Origin: a virus
Strand: one strand, 5' to 3'
Virus record (IMG/VR): IMGVR_UViG_3300035698_010154
Coordinates: 1 to 64,000 of that record
DNA: 64,000 nucleotides
Shown: positions 18,718 to 27,905 of the stretch, in pieces
Layout of the letters: each line of letters opens with the position of its first letter
How positions within the stretch are numbered: the first letter of the stretch is position 1
The notes under the pieces: model-generated
What the model saw: the letters and a program-made list of their open reading frames with translations, nothing else
Database searches by the model: none
Told to the model about the DNA's origin: nothing
Made by a program: the position numbers and the translations under genes

Positions 18718-19049
18718 ACTAGAAACAACTCCTCTTCTAGCTCAAATCCATCAAACTGCTCTTTATATAATTTTAATCTAAAGCAATATACCCCACCAAT
18801 CTCATTAAATTTCCACTTACTCCGCTCAGGATAAAAATTTAGAAAATTACCATCTATTCTTTTAACTGTTATATATTCTAAATTATGAAGATACATGTAT
18901 TCTTTTATATTTTTATAGTTGACATTGTTAGCTATCGTGCCACGCATATCCGGATTGCTTCTAATAAAGGAGCGTACTTCACCTAACTCTCGTAATACGA
19001 CTCTATCACCAATCTTAAATGGATTATTAAACCTCTTATCTTTTGCCAT
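18714..19049 (-). CDS. Small early protein, paralog with LEEELFLV C-terminus
   Basis: FKIGDRVVLREL...RLKLY..ELEEELFLV. Confidence 0.7.
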   Translation of the reverse strand: MAKDKRFNNPFKIGDRVVLRELGEVRSFIRSNPDMRGTIANNVNYKNIKEYMYLHNLEYITVKRIDGNFLNFYPERSKWKFNEIGGVYCFRLKLYKEQFDGFELEEELFLV

Positions 19050-19133
19050 ATACTACTACCTATACACCCCATACCTAACTCAATTTATTTACATACACCT
19101 TTAATACAATATTACACCTTTATATATACCTAT

Positions 19134-19162
19134 ATAGTATCATAAATTATCTAGATTGTAAA
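19134..19162 (-). promoter_or_regulatory. Early promoter
   Basis: TTTACA-N17-TACTAT with TG extension on - strand. Confidence 0.6.
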
Positions 19163-19239
19163 TGCTAAAAGTCAAATTTCTTTTAGTATGCTGTGTAGTA
19201 GTATATAGAGAGAGAGAGAGATTATTTTTGTGTTTTTAG

Positions 19240-19790
19240 GTGTATAAGTAGTGGTATGCTGAATAATAGAGCATTTTTATATTTTGATAGGTGCGATTTG
19301 GCCCCCGGGCGGCGTAAAATATATTTTGTAGATTTTTTAGGTGTATAAGTAGTAGTATGCTGAATAATAGAGCATTTTTAGCTGGGGTGTAGGTGCGATT
19401 TGGCCCCTACAGGCGACGTAAAATATGTTTTGTGTATTTTTGTGTATAAGTAGTGGTATGCTGAATAATAGAGCATTTTTAGGTGTAGGTAGGTGCGATT
19501 TGGCCCCGGGCGGCGTAAAATATGTTTTGTAGATTATATTTGTATATCACATTTACTATTCCGTAGTAGTAATAGTAGTAAGGTAAGTAGAGATTTTTTA
19601 GATGTATATAGCTGGTGTTAGTGCGATTTGGCCCCTATAGGCGTAAAAATATTTAGTAGATTATATAGTATATCACATTTACTATTTTGTGTATAAGTAG
19701 TGGTATGCTGAATAATAGAGCATTTATAGGCGTATATAGCTGGGGTAGGTGCGATTTGGCCCCCTACGGGCGGCGTAAAATATATTTTGT
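19240..19790 (+). repeat. Repeat family A (~101-bp units)
   Basis: GTGTATAAGTAGTRGTATGCTGAATAATAGAGCATTT at 19240, 19341, 19442, 19689; GTGCGATTTGGCCCC five times. Confidence 0.95.
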
Positions 19791-19915
19791 AAAATATAAT
19801 CTATAAAATATATAGTATAAACTTGGGTTTGGGGTGTATTTGGATCATGATTTTGCCACTATTTTTGCCACTAGCGAATTTTCTGTATAGTAGTAGTGGA
19901 TTACTAAAATCGGTA

Positions 19916-20290
19916 GGCGGCCAAAAATATTTCTATTTACTAGTAGTGGGTAGGTAAATGTGTGTAGGTAGGTAGGTAGGTAGGTAGGTGGGTGTAAGTG
20001 TGGGTAAATGTGTGTAGGTAATAGTGTAAATCGGGCCGCCAAAAATTTCTATTTACTAGTAGTAAGTGAGTGGGTAAGTGGGTAAGTGGGTAAATTGGGC
20101 CGCCAAAAATTTTTATATTATAGTGGTGTACAAGTGAGTGTAGGTGGATAGGTAAGTATACTGAGTGTGCGAATGTGGGTAGGTAGGTAATAATGTAAAT
20201 CGGGCCGCCAAAAATTTTATATTATAGTAGTGTAAGTGAGTACTGAGTAAGTGGGTAATAGTGTAAATTGGGCGGCCAAAAATTTTTATT
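19916..20290 (+). repeat. Repeat family B (GGC(C/G)GCCAAAAAT x5 with GGTA/GTGG-rich linkers)
   Basis: Direct inspection. Confidence 0.9.
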
Positions 20291-20369
20291 TAATAGTAGT
20301 GTAAGTGTGTAAGAGTACTGAGTGACTGTTCAAATATGGTAGAATCAAATTACGCCCCTATGCCAACAA

Positions 20370-20490
20370 AATTGCCCAATTCGAGGCACTTTGTCCCCAA
20401 TTCTTGTAGTTTACCATACTTTGAACCCCCAATTCTTGTAATTTGCCCAATTCAACCCCCAATTCTTGTAATTTGCCCAATTCAACCCAC
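20370..20490 (+). repeat. Repeat family C (CCCAATT x6, incl. 30-bp tandem)
   Basis: AACCCCCAATTCTTGTAATTTGCCCAATTC twice in tandem. Confidence 0.9.
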
Positions 20491-20805
20491 TTTTCTATAA
20501 TTACAACATATATATTGTAAAAATCGGCATGCGTACAACATATATATTGTATATATTCTCACTATGGCGCACGCTACATAGAGCGTACCTACCTACACTT
20601 GACCAGATATAGTAAATAATCGCCTCAAATAATGAGGCGAAGTAGGTGGTGGCGTTTTGTGTATATGTGTGTATGTGTATGTGTAGGTGGTGGCGGCGAA
20701 GTAGGTAAATATATAGACATTGTGTATATGTGTATGTGTATATGTATGTGTAGCGAATAGAGTAAGGTAGGCATGTAGGTGGGGGGTAGGGGGTGACAAT
20801 AGGTA

Positions 20806-20886
20806 AAGCGCTATGTAGGACAATGGGTAAAATTATGTAGGACAATATGAAGCGCTATGTAGGACAATATGAAGCGCTATGTAGGA
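20806..20886 (+). repeat. Repeat family D (AAGCGCTATGTAGGACAAT-type)
   Basis: TATGTAGGA four times. Confidence 0.9.
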
Positions 20887-20920
20887 GAGAGAGATATATA
20901 TAGGGTGGGTGTAAGGGTGC

Positions 20921-21082
20921 GGCTCCAGGGGGGACGTGAAATCGGGGTTATATGGCTCCAGGGAACGTGAAATCGGGGTTATATGGCTCCAGAACGTGCG
21001 AAACGGCTCCAGAACGTGAAATCGGGGTTATATGGCTCCAGAACGTGCGAATCGGCCCCAGGGAACGTGAAATCGGGGTTAT
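20921..21082 (+). repeat. Repeat family E (GGCTCCAG...ACGTGAAATCGGGGTTAT)
   Basis: ACGTGAAATCGGGGTTAT x4, GGC(T/C)CCAG x6. Confidence 0.95.
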
Positions 21083-21349
21083 GCGAATGTGATGCACTTT
21101 ATCTTGGATTTTCTGGGCCTGCAAAAAAGGAGAGGGAGAGGGAGAGGGAGAGATATAGTGAATAGGGTGTGGGTGCCTCTATTAGTGTAATTGAATGTGA
21201 GACATTATGGGTGGGATTTTCTGGGCTCACAAAAGGAGCATTATATTAACTACCACTTTGTGGTATACTACTACTCGCTTATACTGGGTAGTAATAGTAA
21301 GTAATATACTACTATGTAGGTAAGTATATCAAATTATATTACTTATGCT

Positions 21350-21520
21350 TATATAACTTATGATGTTATATATCTTATAATGTTATATGATCTTATATGC
21401 CTTGATGTTATGCTTATATATCTTATAATGTTATATGATCTTATAATGTTATATATCTTATATGCCTTGATGTTATGCTTATATTACTTATAATGTTATA
21501 TTATATGATCTTATGCTTAT
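21350..21520. repeat. AT-rich repeat family F (CTTATAATGTTATAT / CTTATATGCCTTGATGTTATG)
   Basis: Direct inspection; DUE-like composition. Confidence 0.85.
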
Positions 21521-21651
21521 GCTTAGTAGTCTTTCTTTCTTTCTCTCTTTCTCGTGTCATAACAGTAGTAGTAGTAATCTTATGCTTATGCTTATGCCTA
21601 CTATGCCTACTACTACCTATCTAAACCCACCTACTACTACACCTCATAGTC

Positions 21652-21960
21652 TCATAGTAGTAGTAAATGGTATACCTTATATTTGATTTTGTTATATATA
21701 GTATCTTCTGCTTCATCTTTTGAATCGAAAATGTAGTTCTTTTTTATTGTATGCTCCAAATGTAGTCGCAAATCATTCTTATTAAGATATCCATACAGAC
21801 CATAATCATGATTAGTATAATAACCCGGTAACAGATTTAGTTCATCAATTGTACTTATTAAGTGAATATTATTACCATTTGATACCACTTCTAGATCCGA
21901 GAAATGGTTAGGCTGAAATGATGTATTGCGTATATATTGAATAAGTTCATGAGTATCCAT
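21652..21960 (-). CDS. Hypothetical early protein
   Basis: ORF track; AAAGGT RBS. Confidence 0.6.
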   Translation of the reverse strand: MDTHELIQYIRNTSFQPNHFSDLEVVSNGNNIHLISTIDELNLLPGYYTNHDYGLYGYLNKNDLRLHLEHTIKKNYIFDSKDEAEDTIYNKIKYKVYHLLLL

Positions 21961-21993
21961 ACCTTTATTTTATACCTTTATACCTTTATTTTA

Positions 21994-22344
21994 CTATACA
22001 CCTTTACCTATACCTTTATTAATCTTTTTACGTTTTAAGTCTATCAGTTCAAAGAGGTGTCTATGTATTTTATATTTCAATATAGCCTTAGAATAGTATT
22101 TTATGGCTAGGTTTGAATAAGTGTTAGCAGTCTCAAGTTGTGAGTGTGTTGTGCAACTTTGAATTATTTTTACTACTCTTTTGATTATAGTATGATCTCT
22201 ATTCATCATTTTATTCATTCCTCTACTACTACTTCTACTTATTAGAAATATTGTTATCATTATATCTACAATTGTCAATATGATAACTATTATATTATTG
22301 ATATACTTACATATACAATACAGTATATCATGATGTATTTTCAT
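21994..22344 (-). CDS. Hypothetical protein(s)
   Basis: ORF track; true start may be downstream (MNKMMNRD). Confidence 0.45.
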   Translation of the reverse strand: MKIHHDILYCICKYINNIIVIILTIVDIMITIFLISRSSSRGMNKMMNRDHTIIKRVVKIIQSCTTHSQLETANTYSNLAIKYYSKAILKYKIHRHLFELIDLKRKKINKGIGKGV

Positions 22345-22476
22345 TGTTCAGTATTTTCATTGCTTGAGTGATTCGTTTTCTCAAACTCGGTGGTCTGATC
22401 TTATCCTCCTCCTGTGCTCTACTACGAGCGATTCTCCATCTATTCCTATTTAATAGTCTTCTAGCTGTTTTATATT

Positions 22477-22773
22477 TCATTTTATACTACCCTCCTCCTT
22501 CATAAGTTTTTCATTCATCATATTCTTATAGTTATATTTTAGCATGTTTTTATCAGTAAATGGATTCCACTCTTCTATCTCAGTAACATTTATCTGTGTT
22601 CCCTTAAATGCTTGTATATCATACCATCTATTAAAATGAATATTCTTCTCTATCTTGAGGTTGTTATCATTTTTAAGAAGATCATGTATATTGATAACCT
22701 CCGTGGTCATGAATACAAGAATAATCGCGATGATTATTAGCACAATTGAGTTAAGATTTTCATTCATACGCAC
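22477..22773 (-). CDS. Hypothetical membrane-anchored protein
   Basis: N-terminal hydrophobic helix. Confidence 0.55.
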   Translation of the reverse strand: MRMNENLNSIVLIIIAIILVFMTTEVINIHDLLKNDNNLKIEKNIHFNRWYDIQAFKGTQINVTEIEEWNPFTDKNMLKYNYKNMMNEKLMKEEGSIK

Positions 22774-22866
22774 TCACTCTACCTCCCTACCTTCTTTTTA
22801 TTTACAAGTTACACACCAGTAAGTATAGATTTCATGTACTTACTGGTCATTATCAAATATTATTAC

Positions 22867-23088
22867 CTATACACCCTTATATCCGATTTTTATCTTCTTA
22901 GTATTTACCTTTGGTTTTATCTCAAAATGTGATAAATTGTAACAACTCCTTGATTTGCCATCCCATACAGCCACATCATATGTAATATGATCATTTTCTC
23001 TTATATAGATCCCTGTTATAAACCCCACATTATCAAGATGAACAATTTCAACTTCTGTTCCGACTGGTACCACTTCAATTTGATCCAT
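22867..23088 (-). CDS. Small SH3-like early protein
   Basis: GTEVEI...G.ITGI.I....ITY.V..W; early promoter TTTACA-N17-TATTAT at 23121-23149 (-). Confidence 0.65.
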   Translation of the reverse strand: MDQIEVVPVGTEVEIVHLDNVGFITGIYIRENDHITYDVAVWDGKSRSCYNLSHFEIKPKVNTKKIKIGYKGV

Positions 23089-23255
23089 ATTTACACCTTT
23101 ATTTATACTTTATTTTCTTAATAATAACATAAAAAATATATTTTGTAAATGAACTTTGTTTTATACTTTTGTGTATAAATATAAAAGAGAAAGGGTGTAG
23201 TTTTTATATAATATACAGGTGTCGGTAGTAGGGTAGTAGGGTAGGAGTGTAGGTT

Positions 23256-23639
23256 ATGGCAGTAACAAAGCTAAATACAACATATTATAGGAGTACAGAA
23301 GTCAAGCTGGGTAGTGTTAGTTCATTGAAACTATACCCTATATTTCTTGATGAGGATAGAGAGACAAAGTTCCTTAATCTCTTTAGATCATATCGACTGA
23401 ATGAAGAAGTAATATCAGATGTTGTATTTTATGATACTTACGAGGTTTCTAATGATGAGTTCTGGGACGATGTGGCCTTCAATGTTTACAATGATCCAGA
23501 GCTTTGGTGGATTGTCGCCATGGTGAATAATGTCGTTAACCCATTTGAAGAATTGAGCACCGGAGACAATCTGAAGGTTTTGAAAGAGAGCTATATCTAC
23601 ACGTTGATGACTGATCTTGAGCAACTCAGTCAACTTTAG
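23256..23639 (+). CDS. gp53: Baseplate wedge subunit (gp53-like, LysM-type)
   Basis: Y.V...E.WD.VA..VY.DP.LWWIV...N...NPF; late promoter 23174-23181. Confidence 0.85.
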   Translation: MAVTKLNTTYYRSTEVKLGSVSSLKLYPIFLDEDRETKFLNLFRSYRLNEEVISDVVFYDTYEVSNDEFWDDVAFNVYNDPELWWIVAMVNNVVNPFEELSTGDNLKVLKESYIYTLMTDLEQLSQL

Positions 23640-23686
23640 AGAAGGTGTTAGGTATATAGGGTTTTAGGTAGTAGGTATAGAAAAAT

Positions 23687-24292
23687 ATGAGACTAACACA
23701 ATACATAACAGAGTCAAATAAAACAGAAACAGAAAAGTTTATAGCCAATGTCAGAAAGGACTGTAAACCATGGCTATCAGCAATAAAGTCATTCAAGAAG
23801 AAAACTCTATATAGAGGATATAAAGGAAAGATAATAGACAAGAAAAATGTTAGAACAGATAGAAAACCAACTGATATGTCTTCAAGTACACATGTGATAT
23901 TGGATGATATGTTCTATGATAAATTTGGTTGGAAACCCAGAAGTGAGGGTCTATTCGCGTCCTCTATAATTAGCACAACAAATCAATATGGTAAACCTGG
24001 CCTATGTTTTCCAATTGGAAAATTCAAATATATATGGAATGAACATATAGATGATCTATATGCTCATATCTTACATGTTGGTATGATAGATAATGTTGAT
24101 AACTATACAGATAAAAATTTAAAGAAATACATAAACTCATCGTATACAGAAATAATGATAAAGTGTAAAAGCTATTACATCTTTGATTGTATATCATTGA
24201 TCACATATTTGAAATTACGTGAATCTGAAAAATATGGTGGATTATCTCTAGAAGATGGTTTCAACACTTGGATAGAGGAGAGTATTTTATAA
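23687..24292 (+). CDS. Putative ADP-ribosyltransferase-fold protein, paralog B
   Basis: MRLTQYITE tag; LYRG...RTDRKP...H...KFGWKPRSEGLFASS...YG...FPIG...EIM. Confidence 0.55.
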   Translation: MRLTQYITESNKTETEKFIANVRKDCKPWLSAIKSFKKKTLYRGYKGKIIDKKNVRTDRKPTDMSSSTHVILDDMFYDKFGWKPRSEGLFASSIISTTNQYGKPGLCFPIGKFKYIWNEHIDDLYAHILHVGMIDNVDNYTDKNLKKYINSSYTEIMIKCKSYYIFDCISLITYLKLRESEKYGGLSLEDGFNTWIEESIL

Positions 24293-24293
24293 T

Positions 24294-25595
24294 ATGAGCT
24301 TTGATGAAAAAGGCGACACAGCGGTTGATGAAGGAATATTTGCTGTAACATTAGTATTTAAAGATAAGATGATACAACTAGATACAGAAGACGTTATGGA
24401 TCTGTATTTTATTGAAGATATCTTCAAATTCTCAATGACAGGAAAACTCGTATTCTATGACAAGTACAACTTCTTAGAACTCGGCCCCTTTACTGGCAAT
24501 GAACAGATACTAGTCACATATGGAAAAGAGACAGAGACAAGAATATTATTTGATATATGGAAGGTCAATGAAATATCAATGACACAAACAATGGACCCAT
24601 CATCATTTGGAATGATAGAACTCTTTTTCGTAGATCCTGGATTTCAACAAATCGCGTTTAGGAGATATAGTCGAGGGTGGGCTGAAGATACTAAAGTAGA
24701 TAGTATCATGACTGATATATTCGATCATATGACAACGCTCACCAGAGAGAGCACTCTTGAATATGAGCCAAGTGATACTATAATGACAAATGGGTTCGTA
24801 ATGCCATATTGGACACCACAACAAGCCTTGACATTTTTAATGAAACGAGCAAAAGGTAATATATCAGGAAATTCTGGTTATCTGTGTTATAATAATACAC
24901 GAAATAACGCAATGACAACGAATCTATATACATTGGATTATTTACTCAATGATGAATATGGGAAAGCTGACCCAGATACATATGTATTCAGTAATAGGGA
25001 TATATCAATTTCAAATAAAATATTGGAATGGACTATATCCGGTACTGATAAGATGGCTCATAAATTTTTAAGAGGTGGGACATTCAGAGGATACAATTGG
25101 GATGATAAGAGTCTTATAAATACTGAATTAAAGTACTCAGATGGTGTTGATAGTATGATAATGTTAGGTAAGAAAACGCTATTCCCAGATATGAGTGATT
25201 CAGCGTCAACGAATGAGAATTGGGGTGAGAGTGAAGGTGATATAATAAAGAATATATTCTATTCCGAATGGTCACAACGATACGCCTTACAGAACGTAGT
25301 GAACGTAACACTAAATGGTCATGAAAAGAGATTTGCTGGACAACTGATCGATATTCAATGGCCGAGTTCAGTTGAGCCCGCTGGTAAATTCGCTGGGTTC
25401 AACTTGTCCTATAAGGGTATGTATCTTATAAAGTCAATAACGCATTCTTTCATAGGTTCCCAATCTCAACAAGACCCATATTTACAGAAAGCCGTACTTA
25501 TAAAGAATGGATATTCAGAACAAGAAGACGATTCTCTATATGACTCAGTTAAATGGAAACCATCAACTAGTAAAAATTCGATAGTGGGGATTTAA
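24294..25595 (+). CDS. Baseplate hub protein (gp27-like)
   Basis: EDIF...MTG.L...D...E..P..G.E; P.WTP; G.YLIKSITH.F; upstream of gp5. Confidence 0.65.
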   Translation: MSFDEKGDTAVDEGIFAVTLVFKDKMIQLDTEDVMDLYFIEDIFKFSMTGKLVFYDKYNFLELGPFTGNEQILVTYGKETETRILFDIWKVNEISMTQTMDPSSFGMIELFFVDPGFQQIAFRRYSRGWAEDTKVDSIMTDIFDHMTTLTRESTLEYEPSDTIMTNGFVMPYWTPQQALTFLMKRAKGNISGNSGYLCYNNTRNNAMTTNLYTLDYLLNDEYGKADPDTYVFSNRDISISNKILEWTISGTDKMAHKFLRGGTFRGYNWDDKSLINTELKYSDGVDSMIMLGKKTLFPDMSDSASTNENWGESEGDIIKNIFYSEWSQRYALQNVVNVTLNGHEKRFAGQLIDIQWPSSVEPAGKFAGFNLSYKGMYLIKSITHSFIGSQSQQDPYLQKAVLIKNGYSEQEDDSLYDSVKWKPSTSKNSIVGI

Positions 25596-26176
25596 TGATA
25601 AAACACAAACTCAAAGATCTCATAAGAGATGATACAAGGATAAGAGGTATATATCGTGGAGTAGTAGAGGCTGTCGATGATCCTGAAAGCGCTGGTCGTG
25701 TTCGTTGTAGAATACATGGACTACATACTCAAGCTGGTTCTCCAGATAATAGTTTATCAATAACTAATTTAGATGGTATACCAACAGAATACCTACCGTG
25801 GTGTGAACCGGCAATGTCAACAGCAGAGTTTGGTACTGGGACTGGTATATTCGGTATTCCACAAATCGGTGCTCATGTGTTGATATTCTTTGAGAACGAG
25901 AATATACTGAACCCAATATATTTCGCAGGTGTCCCATCTAAAGCAGATTGGAACACAGACGCTGTTCCGGGTGTCTTTGTGTTCAAATTACCAGGTGGTC
26001 AATCAATAGAAATAGACTCAAATGAGGGTAGTGAAACAATGAAAGCTATACACAAAGGAACAGAGATTGAAATAGATAGTGATGGAAAAATAAATGTAAC
26101 AGGGTCCGGAGATGCTGATATAACTGTAACAGGAAATTGTACAGTAACAACAACAGGAACAATTAATTTAAATTAG
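25595..26176 (+). CDS. gp5: Baseplate central spike gp5/VgrG-like (OB fold, no lysozyme)
   Basis: YRGVVE..DDP..AGRVR.RI.GLH, LPWC.P, P..G..V..FF. Confidence 0.85.
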   Translation: MIKHKLKDLIRDDTRIRGIYRGVVEAVDDPESAGRVRCRIHGLHTQAGSPDNSLSITNLDGIPTEYLPWCEPAMSTAEFGTGTGIFGIPQIGAHVLIFFENENILNPIYFAGVPSKADWNTDAVPGVFVFKLPGGQSIEIDSNEGSETMKAIHKGTEIEIDSDGKINVTGSGDADITVTGNCTVTTTGTINLN

Positions 26177-26205
26177 TAGAGTGGGAGAAGGGAGAAGAGA
26201 AGAAT

Positions 26206-26508
26206 ATGGGATCATCAGTAGCAAGTATAGGAGATAAAGGATTTGGAACATGTACTTGTCATGAAAGTCCTATACCATCAGTTGGGACAATAATCAAAGG
26301 CTCCCAAAATGTAATGATCAATGGAAAGTCATGTGCAAGAGTATCAGATAAAATTGTGTCTGGATGCGGGCATGTAAGCACAATAATCAAAGGAGCTAGT
26401 AAAACGCTAGCAAATGGATTATCAGTATCAAGATTGGGTGATAAGTTTGCCAGTGGTTGTTATACAGGCACAATAATAAAAGGCTCTTCAAATGTGATAG
26501 CGGGGTAA
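26206..26508 (+). CDS. PAAR-repeat spike tip (gp5.4-like)
   Basis: GS.NV.ING...ARV.D...CGH...I..G, GSSNV.AG. Confidence 0.85.
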   Translation: MGSSVASIGDKGFGTCTCHESPIPSVGTIIKGSQNVMINGKSCARVSDKIVSGCGHVSTIIKGASKTLANGLSVSRLGDKFASGCYTGTIIKGSSNVIAG

Positions 26509-26511
26509 AAT

Positions 26512-27090
26512 ATGAGTTTTAATGATTATGTGGATGGAATGGTAAGTGAATCGGCAGCAATATCGGCTTCAATGAATCAACTGGATATACAGATTGCTGC
26601 ATTAGTAATAGAGAGAGATGATATCATAGCTAATGTGTTAACATCACCGGTATCGGCATCGGATGCTTATATAGATGCTAAGTTAATAGAAATTCAAGAT
26701 GACAACCCTACCGAGTTGTTTGCAATTGTAAAAGGCGGTACATATGGGCATGATGATATTGATGGTAATCTTTCAGACTGGTTAATAAAGTATACTACTC
26801 CTTTGCATGAGCCGGTGGATGAAACATATATAAGTGGAGATATGCTTAATGGTACTGGATCTGCAGAAGACATATCCCAATATAACAGACAGGAAAGCCT
26901 AGCATACCCAATGGCTATAGATCATATATATAGACCATTTACTGATCCCGATAATCCTAGTATTAATACTGTAGCGACATATGGTATACAAGCAAACATA
27001 AATTCATTGACAGAAGCTAAAACTATTTTAGGAAAAGATAAAGTAAAATTAGATGCTGCATATATCGCATATGAGCCACTTAAAACATAA
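26512..27090 (+). CDS. Hypothetical structural protein
   Basis: ORF track, baseplate context. Confidence 0.6.
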   Translation: MSFNDYVDGMVSESAAISASMNQLDIQIAALVIERDDIIANVLTSPVSASDAYIDAKLIEIQDDNPTELFAIVKGGTYGHDDIDGNLSDWLIKYTTPLHEPVDETYISGDMLNGTGSAEDISQYNRQESLAYPMAIDHIYRPFTDPDNPSINTVATYGIQANINSLTEAKTILGKDKVKLDAAYIAYEPLKT

Positions 27091-27134
27091 ATATAAGAGT
27101 ATAGAGAGAGAGAGAGGAGAGAGAGATATAACAT

Positions 27135-27461
27135 ATGGCCTTTAAAAAATGTCCGGCATGTGGTATAATGCTAGGTTATAATAAGTTCGGTTGTAATAAG
27201 AGTAGAAAGGACAACATGCAACCATATTGTCGGAGCTGTATGAAGAAGGCAAGAAAGGCGAGTGCCAAGAAAGCTAAATCAAAAGAGTTGGCGAGAGAAA
27301 GACAAAAAAAATATAGAGAGAAAAAGAAATTAGTAAAAAATACGAGTATAAAAGAGACCCAGAAAGTAAAAGATTCCATCACTCCGTTATGGAAACACAA
27401 TGAACCAAAGGATCACAGAATAACGTTGAATCCCTTACCAGTAAAGAGTAAAGAGGAATAA
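27135..27461 (+). CDS. Zn-finger protein resembling a homing-endonuclease DNA-binding N-terminus, nuclease absent
   Basis: KKCPACG......F..NKSRKD....YCRSC, basic tail. Confidence 0.55.
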   Translation: MAFKKCPACGIMLGYNKFGCNKSRKDNMQPYCRSCMKKARKASAKKAKSKELARERQKKYREKKKLVKNTSIKETQKVKDSITPLWKHNEPKDHRITLNPLPVKSKEE

Positions 27462-27465
27462 AATA

Positions 27466-27846
27466 ATGGCAACAGAATATATTTGGTCAGATATAGATGC
27501 TGATATGATAAAGGATACGAGTGGTGACATAAAAAAAGGCACAAATGTTGACTCCATTCTTAACAGTCTGAAAAACATTCTAGGAACAAGTCAAGGAACA
27601 CGAAGAATGATGCCAAGATTTGCCGCAGACATCAGAGGTCTTTTATTTGAGCCTCAAGACAAGTTAACAGCAAGGCTCTTAGGACAAAGGATTATTGATT
27701 CCATAAAATATTGGGAAGATCGCATAAGCATAAATGGTATCGATATTCAACCAGACTATAGGCAAGGTCTGTATAATTGTAGACTACGATTTACTATTAT
27801 TGGTTCAAGTATAGAAGAAGCAATTTCTTTTATTTTATCAAGGTAA
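27466..27846 (+). CDS. gp25: Baseplate wedge protein gp25
   Basis: SI.NSLKNIL.T..G.R.M.P.F...I..LLFEP, I..WE.RI. Confidence 0.9.
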   Translation: MATEYIWSDIDADMIKDTSGDIKKGTNVDSILNSLKNILGTSQGTRRMMPRFAADIRGLLFEPQDKLTARLLGQRIIDSIKYWEDRISINGIDIQPDYRQGLYNCRLRFTIIGSSIEEAISFILSR

Positions 27847-27905
27847 CTATCACAATATGCGATATACAGTTCAATATAATAAATATGAAAGAGAGAGGAA
27901 ACATA

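Noticed and set aside
19240-21082. CRISPR or mini-CRISPR array
   Set aside because: Inter-repeat segments are short, low-complexity and related to each other rather than unique 30-40 nt spacers; several repeat families; no cas genes in the window.
19845-21165. ORFs 19845-20042, 20501-20845, 20593-20823, 20983-21165
   Set aside because: Translations merely mirror the DNA repeats (THTYTY, PTYLPT); no RBS; atypical composition.
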